From sequence record NC_005260.1: a DNA stretch of 64,000 bases; one strand, 5' to 3'. Positions 35,818 through 46,700 of this stretch are shown here, one piece after another. Numbering within the stretch: the first letter of the stretch is position 1; the number at the start of each line of letters is the position of its first letter. A program made the position numbers and the translations under genes. Below the pieces are notes generated by a model, which did no database searches, was not told the DNA's origin, and saw only the letters and a list, made by a program, of their open reading frames with translations.

Positions 35818-36290
35818 TAAATCAGATCCTTTATTTCACCAAAATATGGCTCAGCATATACGTTTTCGCCTTTCTTTTCAAGGACGAAATTCAATACAAA
35901 ACGTCCGGCAACAACGTCGACCTTTCCTTCCGCAATCGCTTTAAGCAACATACAAACACCAGTCGCGCCAATCTCGATTTGCTGATCGTTATGCGGAGTG
36001 TGGAATGTCAGTTGAAAAGAACTCTGGCCGCGATACAGTTCACCAACTGATAGTTCAGCACGAAACACTGGGTGGTAAGAACGTTCACACGAAGGCGCTT
36101 GTTCATCGGGACGATAGTAATAACGACCGTAATAGCCAGTCTTAATCTGACCCGTTGTTTTGTCGATTATGATGCACCAATTACGCTTGCGGTTGTAATC
36201 TTCTCGCATACCGACAATTTCGATATCGCGAACTATAGGCAGAACTTGATCTTTTGTTAGATCGGACAAACGGAGATCTATAATGCTCAT
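35817..36290 (-). CDS. Hypothetical protein (paralog of neighbour)
   Basis: IEIVGMR...FVLEKKG..VYAE. Confidence 0.7.
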   Translation of the reverse strand: MSIIDLRLSDLTKDQVLPIVRDIEIVGMREDYNRKRNWCIIIDKTTGQIKTGYYGRYYYRPDEQAPSCERSYHPVFRAELSVGELYRGQSSFQLTFHTPHNDQQIEIGATGVCMLLKAIAEGKVDVVAGRFVLNFVLEKKGENVYAEPYFGEIKDLI

Positions 36291-36814
36291 TTCTTTTTCC
36301 TAACGGATGTGTATGTAATTGCTTCGTCTCCCAAGAACTTGTTGGACAGTACATAAAAATCAGATGTGATCTTTTCTTGTACCGTTTCGTCCAGTTCAAC
36401 GTCGCACTCTAATTTTTCTTCGTTGAGAATGACAGTATGAACTACCTGATCTGCCATGTCAATCGCTTCCTTCAACACAGTCATGCCACCGATAACACAG
36501 ATGTTATTATAAAGCGTCTGGAGCTCGCTTAGAGCTTGAGTAACATCACCGTGCATGAACATATCGGGTCGCTCGCCGTTCTTCGCCACAACGCGGTTGG
36601 TGTCGTTTGACGTACTCAATACCACGTTTACCCTGTTCTTTAATTTTGTTGGCAGACTCATGAATGTTTTTGCTCCCATGAGCAAGCATGAATCTTTAGT
36701 TGTTTCCATAAAGTTGAGCATGTCAACTCTACAGTGACCCCACGGCAGTCCGTTCTTGTTGCCGAACTCACCGAATTTACCTGTTGCAAAAACTGCTTTG
36801 ATCATTTTTATCAC
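36287..36814 (-). CDS. frd: Dihydrofolate reductase
   Basis: GNKNGLPWG...D...F...T...LMGAKTFMSLP..LKNR.NVVLS, VIGG. Confidence 0.93.
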   Translation of the reverse strand: MIKMIKAVFATGKFGEFGNKNGLPWGHCRVDMLNFMETTKDSCLLMGAKTFMSLPTKLKNRVNVVLSTSNDTNRVVAKNGERPDMFMHGDVTQALSELQTLYNNICVIGGMTVLKEAIDMADQVVHTVILNEEKLECDVELDETVQEKITSDFYVLSNKFLGDEAITYTSVRKKK

Positions 36815-36826
36815 CTCTCACTTAAT

Positions 36827-36850
36827 AAAAAAGGCACCCGAAGGTGCCTT
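36827..36850 (-). terminator. Terminator after gene 32
   Basis: AAGGCACC-TTCG-GGTGCCTTTTTT. Confidence 0.9.
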
Positions 36851-36855
36851 AGTTT

Positions 36856-37764
36856 TTAGATTTCGTTCAGCAGATCATCCAGATCGGTGTCTACAGTACC
36901 AGCGGAGCCGGTGTTGAACGGAACATCGTCATCTTCTTTCTCAGGCTTGGAAGCCGGAGTATTTTCAAACTGTTCCATCTGTTTTTCGAAGTCATCAGCA
37001 GCGCGAGCGTTAGAACGCTTCTCGGCACCCATCACACGATTGAACACAGTGGTCAGATCTTCCATAGACTTGAACTTGTCTTTGGCAATCAGATCCATGA
37101 TATCGTGCATTTGTTCGAACAACTGGGCTTGATAAGCTTCGTCTTCGATGTTTGCAATCTGGGATTGCTTGCCGAAAACAGAGTCATCATAGTTGTTGTT
37201 GCCGCCAACTTTCTTAATCTTGATAGTGAAGTTTTTACCTTCAAACGGGCAAGTTACGTCGCACGGTTCTTCGCCCAGATCGGTGTTAACATCGACCTCA
37301 GCTTGAATCTTGTCCATGATTTTCTTACCGAAACGGAACTTGAACACTTTGCCTTCGTTATCGGGATTAGCCGGGTCTTTGATTACCAGGATGTTTGCCC
37401 AGAACGCGGTCTTACGAGTGACACCGGAAGCGTACATTGCTTTCTTGTCGGCTTCAACGTTGTAATCCCAGTTTTGTTCTTTGATCCACTGGCAAGCAGG
37501 GCAGTTATCGTAATCACCGTGAGTGCTGGAGCAATTCTCGATGTACCATTTGCCGTTGCGCTGGAAGCCGTGATTTACGAGCTTAACGAAAGTGGTAGCA
37601 TTATCACCCTTAGCAGGCAGGAAGCGAATAACAGCAGCACCGTTACCATCTTTACCTTGGGTCAGTTTCCACTCGGTGGCATCAGATTCAAAACCTTTCT
37701 TAGCAGAGAAAGCAGCCAGTTGTTGTTGCAGTTGGGACGGGTCTTTGCGCTTGAAAATAGACAT
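36856..37764 (-). CDS. 32: gp32 single-stranded DNA-binding protein
   Basis: AVIRFLP, HGF...GKWYIENCSSTHGDYDNCPAC, acidic tail LDDLLNEI. Confidence 0.97.
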   Translation of the reverse strand: MSIFKRKDPSQLQQQLAAFSAKKGFESDATEWKLTQGKDGNGAAVIRFLPAKGDNATTFVKLVNHGFQRNGKWYIENCSSTHGDYDNCPACQWIKEQNWDYNVEADKKAMYASGVTRKTAFWANILVIKDPANPDNEGKVFKFRFGKKIMDKIQAEVDVNTDLGEEPCDVTCPFEGKNFTIKIKKVGGNNNYDDSVFGKQSQIANIEDEAYQAQLFEQMHDIMDLIAKDKFKSMEDLTTVFNRVMGAEKRSNARAADDFEKQMEQFENTPASKPEKEDDDVPFNTGSAGTVDTDLDDLLNEI

Positions 37765-37854
37765 TACAGTTTTTCCTTTTTACAGTTTTAGTTTGGTTTA
37801 GTTTTTTGTTTCCGTAAAGTTTGTAACGCATTATATATTCCTCACACCAAAGAT

Positions 37855-38502
37855 TTACAGTTTGTTTTGATTAGCTATTTCAATAAAACAAGCTTTCGCT
37901 TGCTCTTTATTTATGAGCGTCAGTTGGCGGTAGGCTTTGATTCTAGCCGCGTAACCGTTAGCCCATACATGGTCTTCAAGTGTATCATAACTATCAACGA
38001 ACTTAAACAAAGAATCGAGAATAATCATTGTTTCATAACTGATTGTACCAGTTTGAACGAACTTGAATATCCATGGTTGCCCGTTTGTTGAGTAAATCAG
38101 ATCCTTGAATCTCATGTCCTTTTTACGGGCGAAGTAAAACATCTGTTCCACTTCTTCTTTAAACACCGAACTCATTCGCTCATAGCGACCGAGTGCAGTA
38201 CGATAGAACGTAACGGCATCAGCGTTAGCGATGTCACCGCTCCAAGCGTCTGGGTTCGCTGCAAAGTTCACAGTCATTATCGCAGCCAATTCACCGAGAG
38301 TAAACTTTTTTGCTAATCTTTCATAGATAGCACGGCTACGATGTTTGACGAAACTTTGTTCGGATGCCCTGATAGGAGCCCACTGGTATTTGAGAATGTC
38401 ATACTTACCAGCAAAGTGATTTTTAAGCGTCAGATAAAGACGATATACACTAATGCCGTTGATCATCATTTTCGGTTTGGGCGGTAACACCAGTTCAATC
38501 AT
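37855..38502 (-). CDS. 59: gp59 helicase loader
   Basis: INGISVYRLYL.LKNHF.GKYD..KY.W; between 33 and 32. Confidence 0.92.
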   Translation of the reverse strand: MIELVLPPKPKMMINGISVYRLYLTLKNHFAGKYDILKYQWAPIRASEQSFVKHRSRAIYERLAKKFTLGELAAIMTVNFAANPDAWSGDIANADAVTFYRTALGRYERMSSVFKEEVEQMFYFARKKDMRFKDLIYSTNGQPWIFKFVQTGTISYETMIILDSLFKFVDSYDTLEDHVWANGYAARIKAYRQLTLINKEQAKACFIEIANQNKL

Positions 38503-38729
38503 TCTAAAAATGCCAACGTTGCATTATGAGTAGGTTTTACTGTTCGACACTCTATTCCTTCTTCTTCTATTTTATCTCGCAACGCGGGATAAATAAACTT
38601 TGGAATATCGTTCGGATCAATATCCATTTCTTCTGCGATCTCTAAGCAAGATTCGATTAGGGAGAGCTCCTTTTCGCGAGCCCTCTCTTCTACTTTCATG
38701 CTGAAATCAATTTTACTGATCTCTGCCAT
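38499..38729 (-). CDS. 33: gp33 late-transcription co-activator
   Basis: Size, position, acidic body and C-terminal TLAFLE. Confidence 0.85.
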   Translation of the reverse strand: MAEISKIDFSMKVEERAREKELSLIESCLEIAEEMDIDPNDIPKFIYPALRDKIEEEGIECRTVKPTHNATLAFLE

Positions 38730-38735
38730 GGTACC

Positions 38736-39029
38736 TTACTTACGCGGGAAAGCAGCGTCGTACTTTTCCAGAATCTCGTCGTTCTCGGCTTCTACTTGAT
38801 CGCGCTCGCGCTTGAAGTAGATTTTCAGCATTTTATTGAACTCTTTACCTTCCAGACCCAGTTCAGCTTTAGCGCCGTCGCGAATCTCTTTGATCATTTC
38901 TTTCAGACTTTCAATCTGAGTCAAGTGACCCTCAGCTTCTTGGATCATTTCTGCCAGACGCTCGGAGTGCGCGTTAACGTTAAATTCAACTTTCGGCTTC
39001 TTAGCTTTCTTTTCGGTAGTCATTTTCAA
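38736..39029 (-). CDS. dsbA: DsbA double-stranded DNA-binding protein
   Basis: AKAELGLEGKEFNKMLKIYFKRERD; position. Confidence 0.88.
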   Translation of the reverse strand: MKMTTEKKAKKPKVEFNVNAHSERLAEMIQEAEGHLTQIESLKEMIKEIRDGAKAELGLEGKEFNKMLKIYFKRERDQVEAENDEILEKYDAAFPRK

Positions 39030-39059
39030 TTCTCTCTGTTATTAAGTTCGTTTATCTTA

Positions 39060-39980
39060 TCAAAATTCGTTTACGTGGTCAAGCAGTTTTTTGATTGCTT
39101 TCTTCACGAAATACGGGTAAATCTTGCTACGACCGGGGACTTTGATTGTTTCAAACTCCGTGATAATCGCTTGGCGAATGTTATCAGGAATCATTTCAAA
39201 GTCAACTAATTCACGGTTTTCATTATAACGTGTGAACTCGTCGCCAGTAAACAGAACCGACGGGTCTTTCTCTTCAAACGCTTGTGCCAACAGCTTAGAG
39301 CTGATCGACTTCTGACGCTCGCCGTCTAGCTTTGTTAAAATGTAGTCGGAACGCGACTTGATGTTAGCAATACCATCACCGCCATCACCTTTGATGATCT
39401 TGGTAATCAGATCTTTGCGCCAAGTGCCTTCTTTGGGCTTAACCCACTTCTTCTGACCTGGGCTCCACTGCTTAACGTTTTTGTAACGTTGTGTTTGTGT
39501 CATATCGCCGTCAGATGATACGATCAACACAGGAGCGTCTGGGAATTTTTCATCAAAATGCTTACATAGCACACCAATAATATCATCTGCTTCCGTGTGT
39601 GGAAGAATCAGTGTTTTGTACGGCAAGTTTTCGCGCAGCTCATACGCTACCGTTTTGATGCTATCAAAAATCGATTCCCAATCCCAGTCAGATGCCTGGC
39701 GATCTTTCTCGCGGTGCTTCTTATAGAAGTAATATTTCTGACGTCTCCAGTAACCACCGTCGGCACTGTTATCCACTGCAATGATGATATTCGGATATTC
39801 TTGTTTTCGGTTGAGTACGTTGTATTTCAACGAACTCAGAATGAGGTGACGGACCAGATTGGCATCAATCTTATCGGTAGGCTCATATGTTTGCATGATT
39901 GTTGCAATGGCGATTTGGCTAAAGTCAAAGATACAAAATCCTTGGCTATCAGCTTCGTCCATAAACTGGGCTAAACTCAT
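39060..39980 (-). CDS. rnh: RNase H (5'-3' exonuclease)
   Basis: DFSQIA, YWRR, EADDIIG, SSDGD, KGDGGDGIANI. Confidence 0.95.
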   Translation of the reverse strand: MSLAQFMDEADSQGFCIFDFSQIAIATIMQTYEPTDKIDANLVRHLILSSLKYNVLNRKQEYPNIIIAVDNSADGGYWRRQKYYFYKKHREKDRQASDWDWESIFDSIKTVAYELRENLPYKTLILPHTEADDIIGVLCKHFDEKFPDAPVLIVSSDGDMTQTQRYKNVKQWSPGQKKWVKPKEGTWRKDLITKIIKGDGGDGIANIKSRSDYILTKLDGERQKSISSKLLAQAFEEKDPSVLFTGDEFTRYNENRELVDFEMIPDNIRQAIITEFETIKVPGRSKIYPYFVKKAIKKLLDHVNEF

Positions 39981-40019
39981 GTGTTTCCTTTGATTCCAAT
40001 AAATATATAATTTGGGCTA

Positions 40020-40050
40020 TATTTAGTATAGCTTAAAACCTAGCTAAATA
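40020..40050. promoter_or_regulatory. Divergent pair of CTAAATA late promoters
   Basis: CTAAATA on minus strand 40020-40026 (toward rnh) and on plus strand 40044-40050 (toward 34). Confidence 0.7.
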
Positions 40051-40075
40051 ATAGCATAACTAGAGAGGTAACGCA

Positions 40076-43000
40076 ATGGCTTTACAACCACTTCGCGCAA
40101 CAGCAGGTTTGGATGCTGCTGGTAAACGCGCTATAAACTTCGGCTACCCGGACAAGTCATTCGGTGGAGACGGCGTTAACGTTGATTTTTTCATCTACGA
40201 AAACACTATTCAACCTCACAGTCCGAGCAGAACATATCCAAAAGACTTCGCGGTAGTATACAATGACCGTATCTACATCAGTCAAGTAGAAATTACCGCA
40301 CCGGAAGCATTCAATCTCAACAAATGGAAAGCAACTCGCGTTGACCCATCATGGAGAGTTGTTACTTCCACCGCGAATTTGCAAGGCAACATTCGTCAGG
40401 GTGAATACATCCTATCGCAAGTTGTTGGTGCAAACTCAGTATACACTATGCCATTCGATGCTGCAAACGCTATTCCTACCGCTGGTGATACCGTAGTTAT
40501 CAAAGACAACGGATTCGCTACACACGATTATGAAATCGTTGTTAACGGTAACGGTAAAAACATTAACGGATCAGCAACACATCGAATCACACTAGCTGGC
40601 TCAACTACCGTGTTTATCTACAACGGTACCGAGTGGGTAGCACAGCTTTGGGCACAGGGAGATTCTAACAGAACTTATATCAGTTCGTCAAGCTATGTTC
40701 CCGGTGAAAACTACTTCCGTTCTAAAGTTGGTGATCATCTTGTTCGCGAAACTCAGTACGGTGGTGGTATTCGTGTTCGTTTGCCACGCTATGCAAATCA
40801 CGGCGACACTATCGTTACCTATGACTTGGACGGCATGAACCCAGTTACAAAGACTGAGTTTTTCATTTACCCAAACAGCGGACACAAAATTCTTACCGAA
40901 GTTGGTGCTGCTGCCGTTGACACTGCCAAGTTTGACAGTACCGGTTGGGGTTACTTGATTTTCGATTCTCGCGTAAATCAGTGGCGCGTATTTGACGCGG
41001 ACGCTAAAATTCGCTGGAACATGATTCAAGCCAACTATACAGCGACTCTTGGAGAAAAACTAGCTGTTCACGCGGCAAACAATACCGACGTGATTACAGT
41101 AACGTTTCCTCAAGAAGCGTCGAATGGTGATAGCTTTATCATCGATACCAGTTACATGGTACAGGGATCTAAGATCACTCTAAAAATTCCAGACGCACAG
41201 GCTAACGACTTCATTGTACCAGATGAAAATGCATTGTCAACTCCTTACGTGTCGAAATATCGTGATATCGTTAAAGATCTAACGAAGTTCACTACCAAAA
41301 CCGAGACGTTCACAATTGACGGACGTTCGCATCAGTGGGAGTTTACTTACTTCCGTAATGCGCTTGGTACCGGTTTAGACGTATGGATACTTGTTACAAA
41401 CATTCCGGTTCCATTCAGAGTTGATCGCAATGATACATCATTTGTTGGCCTAGCTGCAATCTCTACTCAAGCGGAAGTCAACAAAAACAAAGAGCAGATC
41501 ACAACTGGACAAAATCGCGATTGTGAAACTTTCGTTACACCAGAAACTCTGGCAAACAAATTAGCAACGCAGACTAACCGTGGTATTGCTCGACTTGCAA
41601 CCGATGCAGAATCGAAAGCAACGACAGGAACTACCGAAGCTTGGAACAGTGTAATCATGACTCCAGAGCGTGTCAACAACAGATTGGCAACTGAGACAAT
41701 GCGTGGTGTTATGACTGTTGCGACACAAGCACAAGCAAACGCAATGACCGGAACCGGTGAAATGTGGGCGCAGACTGCAATCACTCCTAAAGTGCTTGAC
41801 GGACGCAAGTCAACAGAAACGCAAACCGGTATCACTTATCAAGTGATTCAAGCTGGTGCCAAACAAGCCGAACGTGCAACTAAAGGCGTTGGTGTTCACG
41901 ACTTTGACGAACATTACCGTTATGTTACACCAAAAGTTTTGTTTGAAAAAGTAGCAACCGATACATCACAAGGTATGGGATTTACCGCAACTCAAGCAGA
42001 AGCTAACGCAGGCACAGATAATCATGTAAATGGCCCATTGCTTGTTACTGCGAAAATTTTGCACGGACGCCAAGCTACTACAGCTTTAACTGGTTTGTCA
42101 AGAGCTGTTACCGATGCTGAAATGAGTTCAAACACTCCTCCAACTGGCGATAACGTTCATGTTACTCCGGATGCGATCATTAAGCGCACAGCTAACGAAA
42201 CTCGTTGGGGTCTGGCAGAAACCGCAACTCAAGCAGAAGTCGATGCTGGTGTTTTGCATGATCGTTACTTTGTTACACCACTTACCAACAAAGTATGGTT
42301 AGATGCTACACGACTAACAGTTGAAGCGTCAAGTGGTTTAACTACTGTTGGTACAATTTGGCAGGGTCAGAAGTTTGATATCGTTTTATCAACTGAAACT
42401 CAACGTGGTACGTTGCGTGTTGCTACTCAAGCAGAAAGCAATACTATGCTCACTCCGATTGACGACGCTGTTATTACGCCAAAGAAACTCAACGACAGAC
42501 GCGCCAGTGAGACTTTGACCGGTATTATCGAACTCGCAACTAAGGCAGAAAGTGATACTGGTACCGACGCAACGAGATCAGTTACACCATTACGTGTTCT
42601 GGATTCAATTCGTACAAGTGCAAACCACAGAATGAGTGAATCCCGTTATGGGGTTGGTATGATGTGTGTGTTGGCAAATGACGCAAGTGTGAATACTGTT
42701 TGGCAAGGTGATGATATTCAGGGATCAACTCGTCCTGTTACTAATTACGCGAATGATAATATCGTTGTTAGTCCACGCGCATTGAATACCGCGCTGACTC
42801 ATTATCTTCCAATTCTTGGTGTTGCTGAAAGCTCACGTTCTATGGACACAACTGACGGAACAAGAGTTAAAGCCGATGATTGGGTACGTCGCACAGTAGC
42901 GCAAACTATTACTGGTGCAATGAAGTTCACTCAGAATACATTGTTCGAAAAATCGGCACCCGTTGTTATTCTGAATGATATTACTGCCGGAAGTCATACA

Positions 43001-43786
43001 ACTAAGATTCAATTCAAGACAAACGCAAACACAAACTGGTGGGAAACCGGAGTTTATGTTATCGACGGCGGATTTGTTATTAACTCTTATGTTGGAAATA
43101 CAGGAACTCCTAGACTGGTAATTGCTAGAGACGGTGCAACTACTTTCTCTAATAGCGTATCAAACGGCGGACAGGATCCAACAGCCGCAAATCATTTGAC
43201 TCGCTGGGATTACACTGAAAATCGATACATGAGAAAGACCGGAAATATCGCAGAAACTATCACAGGTTTCAAGACTTTCCAAAACAATACAACATTTAGC
43301 GCAGGTGCTGGTAACGCATTCAGTATTAAGATTGGTCCGGATTCTGAGAAATCTGGAATTTATGCACATCCAGATGGAACACTGGCGATTGGTTCAAACG
43401 GTATTTTGAGATTGCGTCCAAGATCAATGACCGATGCTACAAACCAAACATCCATCGAAAGCACAGGTGTTATGACTGTTGCTAGTCAAGTTAAAACGTT
43501 GGCAACTGCTCCTGTTGCTGCCAATGATCTAACTCGCAAAGATTACGTCGATGGATTAATCGATGATGTAACCAAGAGTGCCGACAGTCGCGTAAATAAG
43601 AAAGGTGACAACATGACTGGCGAATTGATTATTACGTCTCCGCAAGCTATTACAGCAAACGGTGCCGTGACAATCAAGGAACTGCTGACAGTTAAAACTT
43701 TGAGAATTGAAGTCGGTAACGGCGAGTTCTTGGAAATTAGACCTAACGCAGTTACCAGATCAGTTGATTTTGTATGGATTAGTTAA
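40076..43786 (+). CDS. 34: gp34 long tail fibre proximal subunit
   Basis: 1236 aa; repeated ATQAEVN/GxxxxAT..E..TP..L units; T4 synteny next to rnh. Confidence 0.92.
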   Translation: MALQPLRATAGLDAAGKRAINFGYPDKSFGGDGVNVDFFIYENTIQPHSPSRTYPKDFAVVYNDRIYISQVEITAPEAFNLNKWKATRVDPSWRVVTSTANLQGNIRQGEYILSQVVGANSVYTMPFDAANAIPTAGDTVVIKDNGFATHDYEIVVNGNGKNINGSATHRITLAGSTTVFIYNGTEWVAQLWAQGDSNRTYISSSSYVPGENYFRSKVGDHLVRETQYGGGIRVRLPRYANHGDTIVTYDLDGMNPVTKTEFFIYPNSGHKILTEVGAAAVDTAKFDSTGWGYLIFDSRVNQWRVFDADAKIRWNMIQANYTATLGEKLAVHAANNTDVITVTFPQEASNGDSFIIDTSYMVQGSKITLKIPDAQANDFIVPDENALSTPYVSKYRDIVKDLTKFTTKTETFTIDGRSHQWEFTYFRNALGTGLDVWILVTNIPVPFRVDRNDTSFVGLAAISTQAEVNKNKEQITTGQNRDCETFVTPETLANKLATQTNRGIARLATDAESKATTGTTEAWNSVIMTPERVNNRLATETMRGVMTVATQAQANAMTGTGEMWAQTAITPKVLDGRKSTETQTGITYQVIQAGAKQAERATKGVGVHDFDEHYRYVTPKVLFEKVATDTSQGMGFTATQAEANAGTDNHVNGPLLVTAKILHGRQATTALTGLSRAVTDAEMSSNTPPTGDNVHVTPDAIIKRTANETRWGLAETATQAEVDAGVLHDRYFVTPLTNKVWLDATRLTVEASSGLTTVGTIWQGQKFDIVLSTETQRGTLRVATQAESNTMLTPIDDAVITPKKLNDRRASETLTGIIELATKAESDTGTDATRSVTPLRVLDSIRTSANHRMSESRYGVGMMCVLANDASVNTVWQGDDIQGSTRPVTNYANDNIVVSPRALNTALTHYLPILGVAESSRSMDTTDGTRVKADDWVRRTVAQTITGAMKFTQNTLFEKSAPVVILNDITAGSHTTKIQFKTNANTNWWETGVYVIDGGFVINSYVGNTGTPRLVIARDGATTFSNSVSNGGQDPTAANHLTRWDYTENRYMRKTGNIAETITGFKTFQNNTTFSAGAGNAFSIKIGPDSEKSGIYAHPDGTLAIGSNGILRLRPRSMTDATNQTSIESTGVMTVASQVKTLATAPVAANDLTRKDYVDGLIDDVTKSADSRVNKKGDNMTGELIITSPQAITANGAVTIKELLTVKTLRIEVGNGEFLEIRPNAVTRSVDFVWIS

Positions 43787-43796
43787 CGGAGGCCAA

Positions 43797-46700
43797 ATGG
43801 CTGAATTAGTTATTGCCCGTGTTACTGAACAGGGTATACAAGCGCGTGATCTGTCAGAAACATTTTCTGGCGATAACGAGTTGATCATCAAGGGTCAACA
43901 AGGCAACGCAGGGGGAACTTGCGTTGCCACCCTAAATGGAGTCAGTCTTAGCCCTTCTCAAACGAAGGGCTTAAACTGCATTCATTTAACAGAAGATTTT
44001 AAGCCAACATTGATGTCGTTTGATTTCAGTGTTGTAACAGATACCGATAGATTCACAACTTGGGTAAACAGTTTGGCTACTGGTATTATTCTTTTAATGA
44101 GTCACACGGAAAACGTGACTAACGACAAGCTTAACACTTATTTCGATCAAATCGGAAGCGTTGGTTGGAAATATTACTGGAATCCAGATAAAGGAACTAA
44201 TCGTAGTTCTTATGTCGCTATTATTGATTGTCCTCTGAAAAAGATCATGACTGAACAGTTTATGGGACATGGTAAAACTACAATGCAAGCCCAGTTGTGT
44301 ATTGTGTTTGATACATTCGCTGACATTGGTGTTACTGGATATGGCGACATGATTGCTTGGGAAGAGAGTGAATATTTTACCAAAACGCCAGGATATGCGG
44401 TAAAAGAACTAATTAAACTGTCAAACTTGAAAGATCTTAATATACATCCAGGTGAAACAATCGAATTGACTGGAGAACTTTGGGCATCAGAGCAGGCATC
44501 CGTCGATAAGGTAAAATCATCGATATTCCTACAATATTATACCGACAATGCTTGGATTAGTAGTCATTCTATTAATTCAAGTGGAATCGAAACCTGGACA
44601 AAAGGAACTGTTACATCCGTTGTGCCTGCGAATTGCAATCGTATATTCATTAGATTATATCGATATCCAAATGTGCCATTGAGTACAGCAGAAATTGGTA
44701 TTCGTGATGTTATGGTGAAATTGAGAAAGCCCGATGTTAAGAAAGATAGAACAAACGGAACATTCGGACAATGGGGTTTTATTACTGCCAATGCCAATGC
44801 CGCTGATTCTTCTGCTAACTGGGTAGCGAGTTCCAAAGGACAGGATTTGATTACTCATTCGTATGAGGAATTAGATCAAGAGTGGTTGCCTCAGTTTAAC
44901 CAAGACGGTTGGTTTGATATTCCGGATTGGATGCCAGGATCTCGTTATGAAATTAGTCAAACAATTTCGTATGATTATCCACTCGATACGAGCGGAGATG
45001 GCAATGCGTGGATGCGTTCTGGTATGGGCGGTGTAACGGACGGATTAGAAGATCGCAGCATTAAAGTGGGTATTCGAACAGTCAAACATGCTAGAGGCGA
45101 AGGACATTTTATGTCTTATGGCGGCGCTTATGTTGATTTCGATGCAAGAATTGAATATGGCAGATCGTATACTTACAAAATTGCGGTAGACGGTGCTAAT
45201 GTCAAATTCTATTTGGACGGAGTAGAACAGACTCCAACTGGAACAGCAGTCGCATTTAGACAAATAACTCATTTCTCGGTTGGTGCAGAGAAACGCGGAA
45301 ACGTACATATGCATCCAATTCGTGGCTCAGTTCATGAATTAAGTATGGTCGACAAAACAAGAACAACCGGAACAAATGATCGTTTTTATAACTTTGTTCG
45401 TCCAGGACAATTAGACGACAACAGAACAGTACCCGGAAAATCTCGTTATTCTGGAGTCGAATACTTCGGTGATAATCTAACTCCAGATAATAGCGGTGCG
45501 TTGTTCTATTGTGGTGCTGGCTCTAAGCTTGTGCCAGGCGGTCTAAGCGACGAAAGTGAGGCTGTCTATGTCACTGTATTAGACGCGGGTGGAAATGAAC
45601 TCCAGAGCGGTGTGGAGCTTAATAAGCGATATCTATGTGATGTCGTTCAACTCGGTACTCCTAGAGCTGATTGGGTATCTTCTCCGAGTCAATATCATAT
45701 TCGAAATCCTAGCAAGGGGTCGCAGTGGATTGTGGAGACAGAAGGAAAGAACGTCAATACGATGAAAGTCAAAATCGAATGTGTTACTTCTCCTAAGATC
45801 AACGGCACTGTTACTAATGTTGATTGGGTGGATATCAATAAGCAGATTGCTAGATTCAACGGCACAAATCAATGCGCTGATATTCCTACATGGAAAGGTC
45901 CCGGTGAGTTTCAAGTCAAGTTCAATTTTGAAAGAAAAACTCCATTGACGTCCAGTTATATTCTAGAAGGAAGAACAACAACGGATGTTGATACCAAGTT
46001 TGGCGGTATGTATATCAACACAACAGATCAAGTTATTCCTTATGGTGGTTTAGTTATCGCTAGTATTAACGGAATGCCGTTTGTTGCTGGTAGCAAAGTT
46101 ATTCCTGGTGTTGATTACATCGTGTGTGGATATATCAAAGAAGGCAGTCAGATTAGCAGAATCGGTAGTAGATATAACGATGTTGAGTATCTACAGGGAT
46201 ATGTGTGGGATCTATCATTCGACGGAACCGGCGATGATCGATATTACAAGAATTATAATGTGAGTCGATATGATGCTTTCAATAACTACATCAAAGACGA
46301 ACTTGGAAAAACTCAATCGCTTTATTCCAAGGCATACGTTAGAGATTTCACCTTGTTTAGTACCGCGATCAAACAGAATGAGAAGTCATACAAATTCAAC
46401 GCGGCAACAACACCAAGCGGTGCATCTATCGCAATAGATGTTCCTAAAGGTGCGATGATTCGAGTTGACTTTGATATTGATACCGAGACTCCCAGTGAAC
46501 TAAGATGCTCAAAACACACAAGCGGTTCTGCTCCGTTGATTAAATCGTTGCCTGCTGGTCGCAATAAAGGATCAGTGTGTTACGTTGTGACTGACCCAGA
46601 TCCGGGGATTTACATTAGATCTATCGCTCCTAAGTTGAATGAACTCGTTAAGATTCATAAATTGAACGTTAGTCGTGTTTATACCGACGCAATCATTACT

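Noticed and set aside
43707-43796. Track start of gene 35 at 43707
   Set aside because: Overlaps the end of 34; ATG 43797 has a GGAGG RBS.
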